In this document: one piece after another, positions 37,801 to 50,239 of the stretch
Layout of the letters: the number at the start of each line of letters is the position of its first letter
Numbering within the stretch: position 1 is the stretch's first letter
NCBI GenBank assembly: GCA_000708835.1
Contig: DF237061.1
Location: 130,214 to 194,213, forward strand
Source: Klebsormidium nitens
Lineage: Eukaryota > Plantae > Klebsormidiophyceae
Reading direction: 5' to 3'
Length of the DNA stretch: 64,000 nucleotides
Program-made: the position numbers and the translations under genes
The notes under the pieces: generated by a model
Seen by the model: only the letters and a program-made list of their open reading frames with translations
Told to the model about the DNA's origin: nothing
Databases searched by the model: none

Positions 37801-39967
37801 ACCAGGAACGGAACTTTTGCAACCGGCAGATGGAGGATCCGTTTGCCCGACGGTATGCCGTGCTCTTTTTAGGCGCCTTCACCGTCTGGACCTAAGAAAA
37901 GTTTTCAGCAACAGGATTTTCATTTGGAATCATCCATCTCTCCGATATGCCAAGATCAACTGTCCATCTTCAAATCAGGTCCCAAAACTCAAAATAGAAA
38001 TAGGCCCCAGTTCTCGACTCAGCGCCCCTTATTCCGTTGCAGGTCCTCGGCACATTCATAACCGAGTGGTCTGAATACAGATCGAGAAGGCTTGAGCAGT
38101 TTCAAAGGTGAATCATGGCGGGGTTTCAGATGACGCTCGCAGTCTTTGTAAATCCCTTCGAGCGAATTCAGACAGAAGAGTCCTTTTTCACGTCAGGACC
38201 AACCCTCAAGTCCCCTATTCCCCACAGGCGAAGGAGACCCACGACTACGGAGGCGGCCTCGCTGACGTCATCGACCCCGCGCTGGGCCGCTCGTATGACG
38301 TGGACGAGGCGGTGCGGCTGTGGCACACGGCGCTGCACTGCGTCAGCGACGACCCCATCCGGCGGCCGCGCATGGGCCACGTGGTGCTCATGCTGCGCGG
38401 GAAACAGCCCGCGCTGCCGCCCTCGCCGGAAGTGCAGCGGTGAGCATGCATTTCTCCGCTCGTCAGTTTTCTATTCTTCCTTTTTCCTTTCCAGGTTAGA
38501 GAGACGTCTTCAGGGCTTCTTTCTTTTTTTGTTGCCTCGCTTGCTTGAGCGCAACTACAGAAAGGGAGACAGACTATTCATGGTGCAAGGGAAGCAGCCC
38601 GCGCTGCCGCCCCCGCGTGCAGTGCAACGGTAAGGATCTGGTGCAGCCATTTTTGCAAAAGTTACCTTGCTGACTTCTCTTGCCCTCGTGCCGTCTGAAA
38701 CTGGTTGCATGGGAAACGGGGTGCTAAAGACAGTCCTTGCTGCTGCTCAACGCTAGAAATGCAATGGTGAGACACAACTTTCTCCGACTCGTTTGTGTGA
38801 CTTTTTGTAGGCTACGTTGAAAGGTTTCGGATTTGCTTCTCCCTTCGGTGTTCTATAGCATCGTAACATCAACACGAGCCCTTTAACGTACCTTAAATTG
38901 CCCTCCGTCTTCGCACGCGCAGGCTCGGCAACTTCGCGCGCGCCTCCCCTCGGGACCGCAACCCGCGCAATATCGTCACGCCCGAGAAAGTCGACTTGTG
39001 GCCGCGCGCTGCCGAGAGCCCGCTTGCGCGCAAATTCACACCCCCCTCCCCAGGCAACGTTCTGCGCAATTTGCAAAGCCCGCATTCGCGCGAGTCCAAG
39101 TCGCGCGAGTCCAGGTCGCGCGACTCGCGATCGACGGTCGAGCATCGACGGATGGATACGGACACCGAGTATGAGATGCGTCCCGAGAGCTCGGAGTCGC
39201 AGAAAAGGTCGACGCCGGATTACCACCACTTTCTGTACGAAAACGAAGACGGGGAGAAAGTTGTTCTCGTCGATGGGGTGGATACAGGTGTGTTGACGGA
39301 CGGGGCAAAGAGGAAACGGTCCCCCGGGGGATTCAACCGGGCGGAATACGACCCGGTTGAACAGTTTAGCGGGGAGGTTTGGAAGGACGACGATATGGAC
39401 GGTCTAGATATGTCCAAGCTGAGGTGGACCCCGGGGCAGCCGTTGATGCACTACTGGGCGGGGCCTCCCGGTGGTGACACATTGCAAGAAGCGCGTCGTG
39501 ACACGTGGCAGGGAGCCGTCCCGGCGGGAGACGCTCCGCCGATCGGCGAACCGTGGGGGGCCGAGTCGACGAGTGACGGCGCCGGCGCGGTCGCACCGCA
39601 GATCAGAGGGTTCGGAGAATCTGCTGACGGGTATTCGAAAATAATGGTGAAGTCGCACAGCGAGAGGTATAGCGTCAGAACGGAGGAGGCGGGTTGGCCG
39701 GAAATGGGGGCCGAAAGTGCGGACTGGGGCAAACGGAAACTAACCAGGTCGCTTAGTAACCCGCTTTTTGTTGGGGAAGGGGGGGGGCATCCGCTGTTTG
39801 GGGAAGAGGACGGGGAGGGCACAAACCCGCTATTTATTGAGAAGGTTGCAACGCCGGAGGATCCGTTTCTTAGCGGTAAAGGGTTTACTTACCTGGAGGT
39901 CCAGTCCCGAAGCTCGTCGCATTCGAGCCCGTTGGAGAATGCTTCTCCGCTTCCGAAGGTGTACTGA
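31830..39967 (+). CDS. Single-pass receptor-like kinase (RLK/Pelle, RD type) with a tiny ectodomain and long C-terminal tail; 5' exon uncertain
   Basis: TM exon ~32710-32922 ([30 protein letters not shown]). Kinase exons ~33620-33887 ([13 protein letters not shown]), 34733-34969 (VAVKR..EFLSE), 35554-35633 ([22 protein letters not shown]), 36091-36167 ([11 protein letters not shown]), 37408-37638 ([27 protein letters not shown]), 38228-38439 (RRPRMGHVV), 38921-39967. The start at 31830 is inferred from a signal-peptide-like stretch. Confidence 0.88.
32347..32384 (-). promoter_or_regulatory. Cluster of three telo-box-like motifs
   Basis: TTTAGGGTT, TTAGGGTTT and TTAGGGTTT (reverse complement AAACCCTAA) within 38 bp. 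Confidence 0.45.
37080..37446 (+). repeat. Degenerate ~158-bp tandem triplication of the acceptor and start of the RLK DFG exon
   Basis: CCGACTT(T/C)GGCT..GC.CGGAGCAAGG occurs at ~37102, ~37254 and ~37412. The last two follow TCTCTCCAG|GTGG. Confidence 0.9.
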
Positions 39968-40456
39968 GTGGACAGGTGCAAGCGAATTGCATGCGTCAAA
40001 TAGGGAATGGTCGATATGTGCAATCTGCAGTATTTGATCGAAGGCACCCGTTTCTATTCGTTCCCTTCTTTGAGTAATTGCAGCCGAGCCTTGTACGATT
40101 CTTTCTAAGCCTATGTATAGAAGCAGCTGATTGTAGAATAGGACTAATTGCTGGTGGAGGCACGTTATTTGTACATGTTGATGTGTTGGGGTGGTATCGG
40201 AGTCAAGGTCAGTTGCATTGAGGACTTGATAGGCAGCTGTGAAGGTGATCTGTTGAGAACTTAACGATTGAGCAGATCTGATCAGTGGTCAACCTTTGTA
40301 CTTGGAACTTTGTGAGACGATCAGGGCACGATCGATAAATGTCCAGATTTTATACTTGCGATCAAAGATGCATACTCAAGTTGGTGATACCACTTTCCTG
40401 CATGCATTGATCCGACATAGTGAGTGCGAATATAGTGCCTATCGGTGCGCAGAAGA

Positions 40457-40487
40457 CGGTCGATCACGGTCGATCACGGTCGATCAC
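40457..40487. repeat. 10-bp microrepeat (CGGTCGATCA)x3
   Basis: Read directly from the sequence. Confidence 0.9.
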
Positions 40488-41444
40488 ATGCATACTAGTC
40501 ACAGTGAGTATGGTTGCATCGTGAGAATCACCACTGGGCCCCCGCATCATTCTGTTAAGTCTGTAATTGCCAGACCGTTGGCTCGTATGGTCGATCGATC
40601 TCACATGTGTGATTGTGGCAAATATATTTATCTGCGACAAGCATGACTACGTAAGCAACAGTACGCCGTCTTGTTACCTACCCGTCGCGCGGCGTATCAA
40701 GGATTCTAAAAGCTGGCACACATATATTTGTATGTACATGTACACCATGAGCATGCCGAATAGGCCCGGGCCGGTTCCACGAGAACTCGAACGATTAAAA
40801 TAATTTGGGCCAGAGTGCCTTGACTTCGGAAGTTTTGTTGATTGTGGCGATGCCTGACTCGTCCATAAGATCATCACAGCCTTCCGCGGCCTTCAGCTCA
40901 TCGACCGGTCCACAATGGAGCCATTTACACTTGTAAAACTGAGGTTGCTAGCCGGATCTTAAAGAGCGATATAGCATCAACTTTCTAGCTAGTTGCATCT
41001 TCGTCATGTGCGGACAGTCGGTGTTGAGACCTGATTTGTGATGACGTGATAGAGTCGATAGAGACTCAGTTGCCGCCACATGACAGAGGGAATGGCCCCA
41101 CTGAGGTACTACAGAGACAATTTTCTGCTCTTATCATGCAGGTGATCTGGCCCTTCCATGATCGAATGCATTGCGCTGACATCCGCCGGCCAGGCTACCA
41201 AGGAACCTTGATTACTGTATTCGAGTGTGACCATACAACCAGGACAGACTGTTGAATTTGGCTAAGTGCAGCCATCTGATCGCAAACGTGGCCATACTCA
41301 TACTTTTGATTTGAAGCCCAATGCAGAATACGCTGACTCGTCCTATGCAAGCAGATCGCTCTTTGGTGGCACAATGCTGCCTCAACCTTCAGATCAGCAT
41401 TCAATCTGTACTGCGCTGCATTCAGCCTGTTCGCAGATGCGGTT

Positions 41445-42406
41445 CTACTTGGATGGTGGTACAGCTTTTTGCAACTCCTCTAACCATGCCTCAACCCGTT
41501 TTTGATTCACGCCAAGGTCGCCATAGCCGACCCGGCTGGCAGAGTAAACCGCTATGCTAGTTCTGCCATTCTCAGGTATGAAGTCTGCGTAGATGTCGTC
41601 CGCAAATCTGAATATGAGAGATTTTTGTGTATGGTGTGTCCGGACCACCTTCCCCTCTATATCTTCCCCCTGCAGTTGACATGGAAAGCACTCTTTCGAT
41701 TGAGGACTTCAAAGTGATATAGATCTCACTGAATTCTCACCTCATCTGATCCAGGGCGGTAACATGCTCCACCGTCGTGCTTGCGCTCCATTAGCATTGC
41801 AGTTGCATTGAAAGGTAGTGTTAAATCTTCCCAGCTCGCAAGCCACAACTGAGCTGGAAGCAGCGCACCGTTGAGCTTACCTCTAGTTTGGTTCTAACTT
41901 GCTGCTGCGCGACCTTTTTCCAGGCTTCTGCTACTTCCTTTGGGCTTTGCCGGAAACTAGGAGCGGGCCGCATAGAGGGGGACACTGTGTAACCTGCAGA
42001 AGAGATGGTCGTTTGAACTGAGGTGCTCACTGTTCCTTGATCTCTATCACAATCTTAAAAGATGTAGAATAGACATGTTGTGCTACTGCTGAGTGTCCAG
42101 GCAGGCACTGCTCTGCATCTGTGGAATGAAATGAAAGATTCAAGAGAGGATCTGGAGAAAGGAAGGTCGTGCTGGAGTGATGGGTGTTTGCGTGAAACGA
42201 TGGTAAGATTCAACAAGGCCCGGTTCGAGAGACTGGCACTGAGGAAATCACACCACCATTGGAGGTTGTCATCCAGTCGCCTTGATGCACAAGAAGCAAC
42301 ATATTCCTGGTCGAATGTGCTCACCATTGGGGGCCACCAAGTACTGATTGGGGGAGGGTTTCAGGGTGAGCCCCTTCAGTGTCCGAGAGATGGTGGCGGC
42401 CGCCAT
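41445..42406 (-). CDS. DUF1499-family protein
   Basis: Three in-phase exons (~42325-42406, 41882-41993, 41445-41669): MAAATISRTLKGLTLKPSPNQYLVAPNG-YTVSP..WKKVAQQQVRTKLE-GEDIEGK..QKSLIFRFADDIYADF..SIAVYSASRVGYGDLGVNQKRVEAWLEEL. The SRVGYxDLGVNxxRV motif is typical of DUF1499. An in-frame ATG at 42448 is an alternative start. Confidence 0.8.
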
Positions 42407-42479
42407 ACTTGCCTGCTTGTTCATCCAATGCTGCAATGCTGTTGTCATTGATTGCCTGCCGCCATGATCATTTTGTGCC

Positions 42480-42670
42480 CATCGCGCTTCGCGGCCGCCT
42501 GCGCTATTTGAAGCGGCCGCGTACTGAGGGCCGCCGCGCGCAAGTACGGTCACGGCCGGGTGCCTTAAACCCCGCGAGTACCGTCCGGGCGGCCGCGACT
42601 GCAATGCGCGGCCCGCGGGTTCGCGGCCTTACGGTCACACGGCCGGCGCGCGCGCGAGGCGCCAGTCATG
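42480..42670. repeat. Very GC-rich island dense in GCGGCCGC/CGCG/GGCC palindromes
   Basis: Three GCGGCCGC sites plus many CGCG within ~190 bp. No clear TIR or TSD. Confidence 0.5.
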
Positions 42671-43134
42671 AAGCCATATGGCCATAGCCTGCTGCATGGC
42701 ATTGCCAGCATTTCAAGTTGGTGCATGTGTGGAAGCTGCCCTCCTAGCACGAGCGCAGACGTCTCGTGAGCTGAGCGTGCATCAAGTCATGGCTACCACA
42801 CGGCTACCAGCGCCAGCTGCAAGTGGACGTGCAGGTCTTGTCAGGCTCAGCGAGGTTCAGACCCGGTTCAGAGCAACATTTTCTGAGCGAGTTGCTGGTT
42901 GCATCTTTTGGTTCCTTAGGAACAGTAAATCTCAAGACCCATCGAATGCATCTCTTTCTTCCTTGAAGAGTAGCTTACACGCGGAGCGTCAGCAATGAGC
43001 CGGGCAATGAGCCGTGTTGAGTTGTTGAGGCGTGTCTTTCGCGCAGTCTACTTAAAACGGCGGACGGCTCAACATGCTGGTATGTCGCTGATGAACTGTC
43101 GGTGTGCGAACAGGCCCTATGTCGATGCTTGCAG

Positions 43135-43870
43135 GTCTATTGTGAGTATCCCGCCTTTGACAAGAAGCTGACTGGGGCATCGAATCGGTTTGTCTACTAA
43201 GTGTCTACACGGTTCGCTCTAAGAAGCAACTAGGGCCAGGCCGTAAGCGCCTCCTCCATTTGGGTTGTTGATTCTTCTCAGAACCTTCTATTATGGAAGC
43301 TCAACAGTTGAGAAGGTAAGGTGTGTCAGACAACCTCTTGCTTCTCTTCAGGTGTGTCCGCTTTGTTGTTTCCCTTTCACTGCATGAGCTCGGCGCCTAC
43401 ATGTGTTTTGACGGGCTGCTTCGATTTCCCCTTCGGGTGTCTTTTATGCCATTCAGAGCTTTGTAGGACACTGCGCAACTTGAATTGCAGTCCCCGTTGT
43501 TGTTTGGGAAGTCAAAAAGAAATGTCGAGTCTGCGTCTCAGGTGCGGGGGTTCCAATGTTCGACGCTCTCCTCAAGCACGATCTGAAAACAGGCGCGTTA
43601 AGCAATATCCATCCTTTCGGGCATCAACAGTATGGCGGCGAGCCGATCTTCGCTCCTTCCACTCAGAGGACCGAAGCGGAGGAAGATGAATTCGAAGACA
43701 GAGGATTCCTGCTAACGCATGTTTATGACGAGGTTTCTGAGCGACTCGGATGCGCTCGGTGCTCTTTCTGGATGCAAGAAAAGTTGACGCGCCAGAGCCC
43801 TTAGCGAGTTAGCGAGGGTGATGCTATTCGCTAGAGTTCCGTATAGTTTCCATGGCATTTTTTTGGATCG
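43135..43870 (+). pseudogene. Carotenoid cleavage dioxygenase (RPE65/CCD family) C-terminal remnant
   Basis: VYCEYPAFDKKLTGASNRFVY*, then PMFDALLKHDLKTG..HPFGHQQYGGEPIFAP..EDRGFLLTHVYDE, then (after a shift) SVLFLDARK..PEPLA, then (after a shift) RVMLFARVPYSFHGIF. These match the CCD motifs CEFP, GGEPxFxP, DxGxLL and RVPYGFHG. There is one premature stop, two frameshifts, and no N-terminal part found. Confidence 0.85.
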
Positions 43871-45083
43871 AAGCGTAAGGTGCGATAGGTTATGTTTGGT
43901 TTGGAAGTTGTTCGGATTGCATAGTGCTGCAGCCAGCTGATTTCACAATTCATGAGAGCATAGTCTGTTAGTGAAATATTGAGCACCGTCATTGAGCACT
44001 GGCATATCCAAGACTTCGGACTGAACATAAAGATTGCTCGCTAAAGAAGTTGTATTGAGTCTACTAGAAAATGATTATGCGATAGAACGAACCATGCCAC
44101 GTAGATACATTATTTGTAAGCTTAGTCACGGTAAGTTGAAGTGATCAAGATTCAAGGCACCAACATAGGTTTAGCTGTACAGACATCCGAGCAGAAAGTG
44201 CCACGAGGACCGACTTGTTTGTTGGGACAGCAACGGATTGCTTCAATTGAATTCTGCGTTGAGCATATGCAGTGGATCGATCTTTTAGAGAGTCATGCAC
44301 TTCATGTCGTCACGGTGTGTATACCTAACGCTTCAATGCAGCAGAAACTGGCCGCACATGCGCGCTTAAGTCGATATCCACTCCGACATGAAAGAAGAGC
44401 TAGCTAGAGTCCAGTAGAGTCCGACTGGCTTCAATATTGATGACTGTCATGCGATCACCCGCTTCATATGTCTGATACATGACTCTTCTTTCAGTTTCTC
44501 CTGTATATGGTCACAGCAACGATTGGACTAGCATGCATTGATAAGCTAGCACGGCTCTAATTGGGGTCTAATTGCATTCGGATTGCAATTGAACAGCGTA
44601 GCTTGACGCGGGGCCGGCAGTGTTGCGTTTAGTAAGTGTGGTCCGATCGCAACAATTACACTGAGATCGGATGTAGCCATTCACTCCACAAGTGCAGGCT
44701 TGATTTCAGTTGTACCAGCATTTATTTGATTCATCGCATGCATTGCATTAACGCTTTCAGCAAACCGTTTGGATCACAGCGGGCAGCTCGCAACCTTGTG
44801 ATGTCCACGATTCGTTCACAAGCGAGGGCACAGATGAACGTACACAAAGGGCTATCCGTAAAAGTCAGCCAGCTTCGTTTCGACGTTGGTTTGCTAATTT
44901 AGCAATCATGCAGGGTGCTATAGCTATTGTAAGAGTTGGTAACACTCAGCCGAGGACATGGCGTCAAATAAGGTAGACTTTTGCATGCATACAGTCCCTG
45001 GCGCAACCTGGAGACCAAGCCCTCCTATCATATAATTAATCCATTGAGCCCTTTACAACACGGATGAACAAAGACTATCCCGA

Positions 45084-48000
45084 TCAACTACTCGTCAGAT
45101 GTGTAGCCAAGCAGGAGCCCACAAGTGAGGCCATCTGCCAGGTGACAAATTGCGCCTGCGAAACAAGATGGTCATCATCAAAAATGAGACAACTATTGGG
45201 CATGCAGAAACGCGCTATCTACTGGCCTCATACGTTCGAAAGGAGACGCTGAAGCACTTTTACGAACCGTGTTCTTTCTGCAAGTCACATAGTAAAGGCA
45301 ATCTTGTCTTCTGCTGGTGGCAGCATTTCGTTGGCTCCAACTCGGTCCTTACACGTGCTGATAGTCGCAAGAAAGAATATGGTATTCAACTTAGCTAGGT
45401 TCACAACTGAGCTCTTCAAGCTACGTCTTGTTCCTGAAGTGCACAACAAAACGCTGGGTAGATGCTGGGACTACAAGGATTTGAGCATGAGGCACGTACC
45501 TTCCCGGTTGCCAATCCCATGAACCCTGGCCCCGGGCAAATGCCACCTAGGCCCCAACCGACTCCAAAAAGGGCGGATCCGACAAGTAGCTTCATGTCGA
45601 TCGTTGTGTCTGCATACAACGCACAAGGCCAGAGTCAATAAAAGACATTGTCGAGCATGTAAGCCTTCATGGCATCAGAGCATTGAGCAGTTCAAAGAGA
45701 AGCCACCCACGCAGGGTTTTCGTCGTTCCCCTGCTTGTCGTTTGCCTTTCAGGACTCCAGCCGGGAGGAGGACCGCGTAGGACGAACCTGCTAAGTAGAC
45801 ATCGCTCGTACGAACACGTCTGGCTGGGCAGGACTCCAAAGCATATCATACTTCACTGACGGGCTTCCGTTGTGTGTTGCAGGTAGTAGATAGTTTCCGA
45901 TCCTGATCAGGCTCCTTGCTACAAGAGTCTGCTTCTCGAGCGTTTTGCAAGAGAAGGTAACAGCTATGGAATGCAGATTGAGTCAAGCGCTCTGTGCAGA
46001 GGGGCTGATGATCGACGGGGCTTACTTGTAACCGGCTCGAACTTGCTGCGAAGCAGCGGGCGCTTCCATTTGTAAATCAAGTTGAACGACACCACGTTTA
46101 AGCAAACGGCTCCTGCCATCACCTGTAGTAAGCACGGCTGCGTCAGGAGCTCGAAAACGCTTTTACAGTCTAGATGGAGTGTGGAACTAAAGTTTCCAGC
46201 TGACTAGAGTCCGTGTTGGTGAGAGAGAGAAACAAATACACCAGAGACGAATGGACGAAAGTACAGCGCTCTGCATGAGTACCAAAAATCCTTTGTCGCT
46301 AATGCAATCCGTAACCATACAGTAAGCAGATCCGCATGGCATGGTTGCTTTGAATGATAAGCTTGTCGAATGCGTCTAACATAGTGTCTCAAGCCCTGTG
46401 ACAATCGGGACAATTTCGACAATCGGGACAAGCACCAACTTACAACGGATCAAACTTCCAGTCCTTGGGCTGCCTACAAGTGCAACGAACGTGGGATTGG
46501 TCCACTTACAAAGGCCAAACTGGGATCCCAGTCGCCTGCCACGTTCAGGAAGCCAGTCACCTTGGCAGGATTAGTCCTGCAACAGAAGCGACCTCTTCTC
46601 AGTACGTAGGATGGCCGTCCTATAAACGAACTGACAGGGAAACCCGTAGATATGATGCCATCTAGTCCCTTCCTGTCGCATGTAGGGTCAATTGTCCTTG
46701 ATTCTGCCCACAATGAAAATTGCTCATCGATTTAACGGCTGGCAATCTAGAGCAACTTAGGCCTCTAAGTTTCACTTCTTGCAATCACGAGAGCTTTCGG
46801 ACATTGACAATAAGATGATGTTCCATACTGGTAGGTATAAGCTGGTTTTTCCAAGCAAGCAGATAGTACAAACCACGTAAATGCTCACATGCCACTCAGT
46901 CCCAGGCCAGCCGAAAAGACGAGCCCTGACGCAAGGGCCGCCAGAAGGCTTGCAAAGGTGTCCTCCTCTGTTGCTGGAGGAGGCGCAGGCTTCACCAAGG
47001 GTTCCTGCTTGGATAAGAAAATGTAAGCACAAGGAAGGCACAAGCTGAGGAAGAAAGACGTCAACACACTCCGGTTCAAGCTGTGGCTTCTAGGCAAGTC
47101 CGGGTTGAGAGTGTGCTTCTGAAACGTGTCTTTTTGCATGTTACATGACACGTCCATAGAACAGAATCGGACTAGATCCAACCGGTCGATGGATATTCAG
47201 TCGGCTTACCTTGGAAGACTCCGGAGCATTGGTATCAGCGGTGCTGACGCTTGGGGCTCTCAAGGACTTCAACAGGGCCCAAGCTGGAAGTGCCAGCATC
47301 GCTGCAACAGAACTTTCGAAAAGTCAACGCTCAGGCTTGAACAACTTTCGAAATGTCAACGCTCAGGCTTGACCCAAACAAGTTCTATGCGACGCCGTTA
47401 ATGAACTCAAATGGATCGAAGCCAATCATGCGGTCCAGCTACTATCAGTTTGTTGTCAGAACTCGAAAATAACTGCAGATCCGGCCCCTTGCAGCACAAA
47501 ACAACAGGCAACCTACTACATAGTCAAAGGTAATTTTACCTGCAGCATAAACAACTGAGATGATTGGTAAGCGCTGTGTGCTGGTACGCATCAAGCCGGA
47601 TAGACCAAAACTGTTTGTCTTGCTTGCAGCGACTGCTGTTGCGACTCCTGTTGCCATGAATGTTCCGACGGCTGCAAACGACCGCTTCGAGAGTCTCGGA
47701 AGTCCACAGACTCCATGACCACTTGTGCAACCATTCGCCAGCTGCAGACACGAGGCACTTGATTTCACATAGTGTATGAAGGACTTCAAGACTCTGGTTC
47801 AAAAAGGCTGCAATTGACATTGGGGCTTTAGTGACCCCTGTGATTTCTAAATTCACAATTGCATGCCAGACTGGGGGCGTGAGAGCAGAGGTGCCCCTTA
47901 TTAAATCCTCCAGGGTACAACCAATAGATTATCTGTCAGATCACCAAATATCTTGTGGACAGAAGATCAGCAACGCACAAAAAAAGGGTCTTTTTGCTTG

Positions 48001-49633
48001 CCAAGGAAGCGTCTGTGTCTTGTACAGGCCAGCGGCACTCACAGAAGGAGACAGCTTCAGCTGAAACACTTTTCTGTTCAATGGGAGTAGAAAAAGGACT
48101 ATTTATACAATGTTTTCCAAACCAGAAGCTCTTTCATTGGTGTGGCCTCACCATGGTGCCGAAGCCAACCAGTGTCCCCGCAAGAGCCGGGACAGCAGTA
48201 CTTGCAGACGGGCTTGCTTCAATCACCGGGCCATAGACGGTTGGCTGAATCGCTTCCCAAACGATGGCGCCGCAACCCAGACCTCCTAAAAAGGTGCTCT
48301 TCCATCGGAAGCCCTGACTCTTCAGTAGGGTTCCTGTACATCAATAAATCTGTCCGCTGAGAAAGCATTCTGCATGCAATAGAAGGTTGCAATAGACAGC
48401 ACAAAAGTCACACTCCATGAAAATCCTTTGTGCTCAAAAGCTGCCCCTTGATCATCTTGACAATAGACCTGCGGAGCGCTTCCCTTGAGACAGAATATTC
48501 CAAAGCTGGTAACCTCAACAGGCGGGCANNNNNNNNNNNNNNNNNNNNNNNNNNNNNNNNNNNNNNNNNNNNNNNNNNNNNNNNNNNNNNNNNNNNNNNN
48601 NNNNNNNNNNNNNNNNNNNNNNNNNNNNNNNNNNNNNNNNNNNNNNNNNNNNNNNNNNNNNNNNNNNNNNNNNNNNNNNNNNNNNNNNNNNNNNNNNNNN
48701 NNNNNNNNNNNNNNNNNNNNNNNNNNNNNNNNNNNNNNNNNNNNNNNNNNNNNNNNNNNNNNNNNNNNNNNNNNNNNNNNNNNNNNNNNNNNNNNNNNNN
48801 NNNNNNNNNNNNNNNNNNNNNNNNNNNNNNNNNNNNNNNNNNNNNNNNNNNNNNNNNNNNNNNNNNNNNNNNNNNNNNNNNNNNNNNNNNNNNNNNNNNN
48901 NNNNNNNNNNNNNNNNNNNNNNNNNNNNNNNNNNNNNNNNNNNNNNNNNNNNNNNNNNNNNNNNNNNNNNNNNNNNNNNNNNNNNNNNNNNNNNNNNNNN
49001 NNNNNNNNNNNNNNNNNNNNNNNNNNNNNNNNNNNNNNNNNNNNNNNNNNNNNNNNNNNNNNNNNNNNNNNNNNNNNNNNNNNNNNNNNNNNNNNNNNNN
49101 NNNNNNNNNNNNNNNNNNNNNNNNNNNNNNNNNNNNNNNNNNNNNNNNNNNNNNNNNNNNNNNNNNNNNNNNNNNNNNNNNNNNNNNNNNNNNNNNNNNN
49201 NNNNNNNNNNNNNNNNNNNNNNNNNNNNNNNNNNNNNNNNNNNNNNNNNNNNNNNNNNNNNNNNNNNNNNNNNNNNNNNNNNNNNNNNNNCACTCTCACG
49301 GATTTGGTGAGCTCAGGGGTCATCCGGTGCACCAGTATTTAAGTGGTCGCTGCCGGACCACGTCAAAATCTACTACGGTACTCGATGTTGATCAAATTAA
49401 GAGCTCATTTCAATAATCACATCTCGACACAATTCTACCAGCTGGTGGCCAGCTTATGACAACAAAGCAGCGCAGGCAGCCTTCAATGTGCTGACTAGCA
49501 GCTCACCTCTAATGATACTCGAAAGGCCGCTGAGCCTCCCACTACAGGCAAGATACAATGTTGCCGCAGCACCTATAAGCACGCCTCCAGCAAGGGATGC
49601 GGCTGGGGTAAAGTCAGGTGAGATCTGCGGCAT
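45084..49633 (-). CDS. YeeE/YedE-family sulfur-compound (thiosulfate) transporter, two-module fusion
   Basis: Eight exons: [22 protein letters not shown]; [35 protein letters not shown]; [42 protein letters not shown]; [26 protein letters not shown]. An assembly gap lies in intron 1, and the flanking exons are phase compatible. Confidence 0.9.
48529..49290. other. Assembly gap (762 N)
   Basis: Run of N. Confidence 1.
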
Positions 49634-50239
49634 TGTCTTCAATGACTGCGACTTCAACGACGGATAATTTTTAACAAGCCCCTAATATTCACACCAGGAA
49701 AGGACAACCAAACCTACAAGTGGATCTGATCAAAAGCAGCCCGTAATTTTCCACAAATGCTGATCAACCAGCCCAGCTCAAATAACAGATGGCTGCATCT
49801 CAATGCCCCGCGTGATCTTGTTTGCAACTCGTCACCAACAGGTACAATCAAATTGTGACAATGAATCCAAGACAGAGCTGGGACACAGCGCTCGATCTTT
49901 GTTGCAGCTTGAACTGGGCTTCCTATGCAGATGGAAGCAGAACGACCGGACGTCGGCTGAGCTTCTGGCCAGACTTTACTCGGACGTTCCCTGCTCTGGA
50001 GTATCTCCTGAGTTAGGACTATCTCCTACTGTAGTAGTGGTTTGCCTGTACTGTCAGTCTTGCTTTGTCCTGATCAACAGAGAATGGTTCAGCCTGCACA
50101 ATCTGGCGCTTTCCTTTGCCTTTGGATGTCATGCACGCAAGCAAATGACCTCGCAGAAGTTAGAACCTACTAGTCGATGTCACCAGTGTCAGTGTCACGT
50201 GACTGTCGCTCAGTACTCGGCGGGCCTTTTGTCGTCACT

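Noticed and set aside
46395-47362. Small tandem duplications in YeeE introns (ACAATCGGGACAA x2; ~33-bp AACTTTCGAAA.GTCAACGCTCAGGCTTGA x2)
   Set aside because: Ordinary two-copy slippage repeats. No spacer structure, so not CRISPR-like.
48322-49416. Long ORFs of 285-336 aa in the ORF track
   Set aside because: Artefacts of the N gap.
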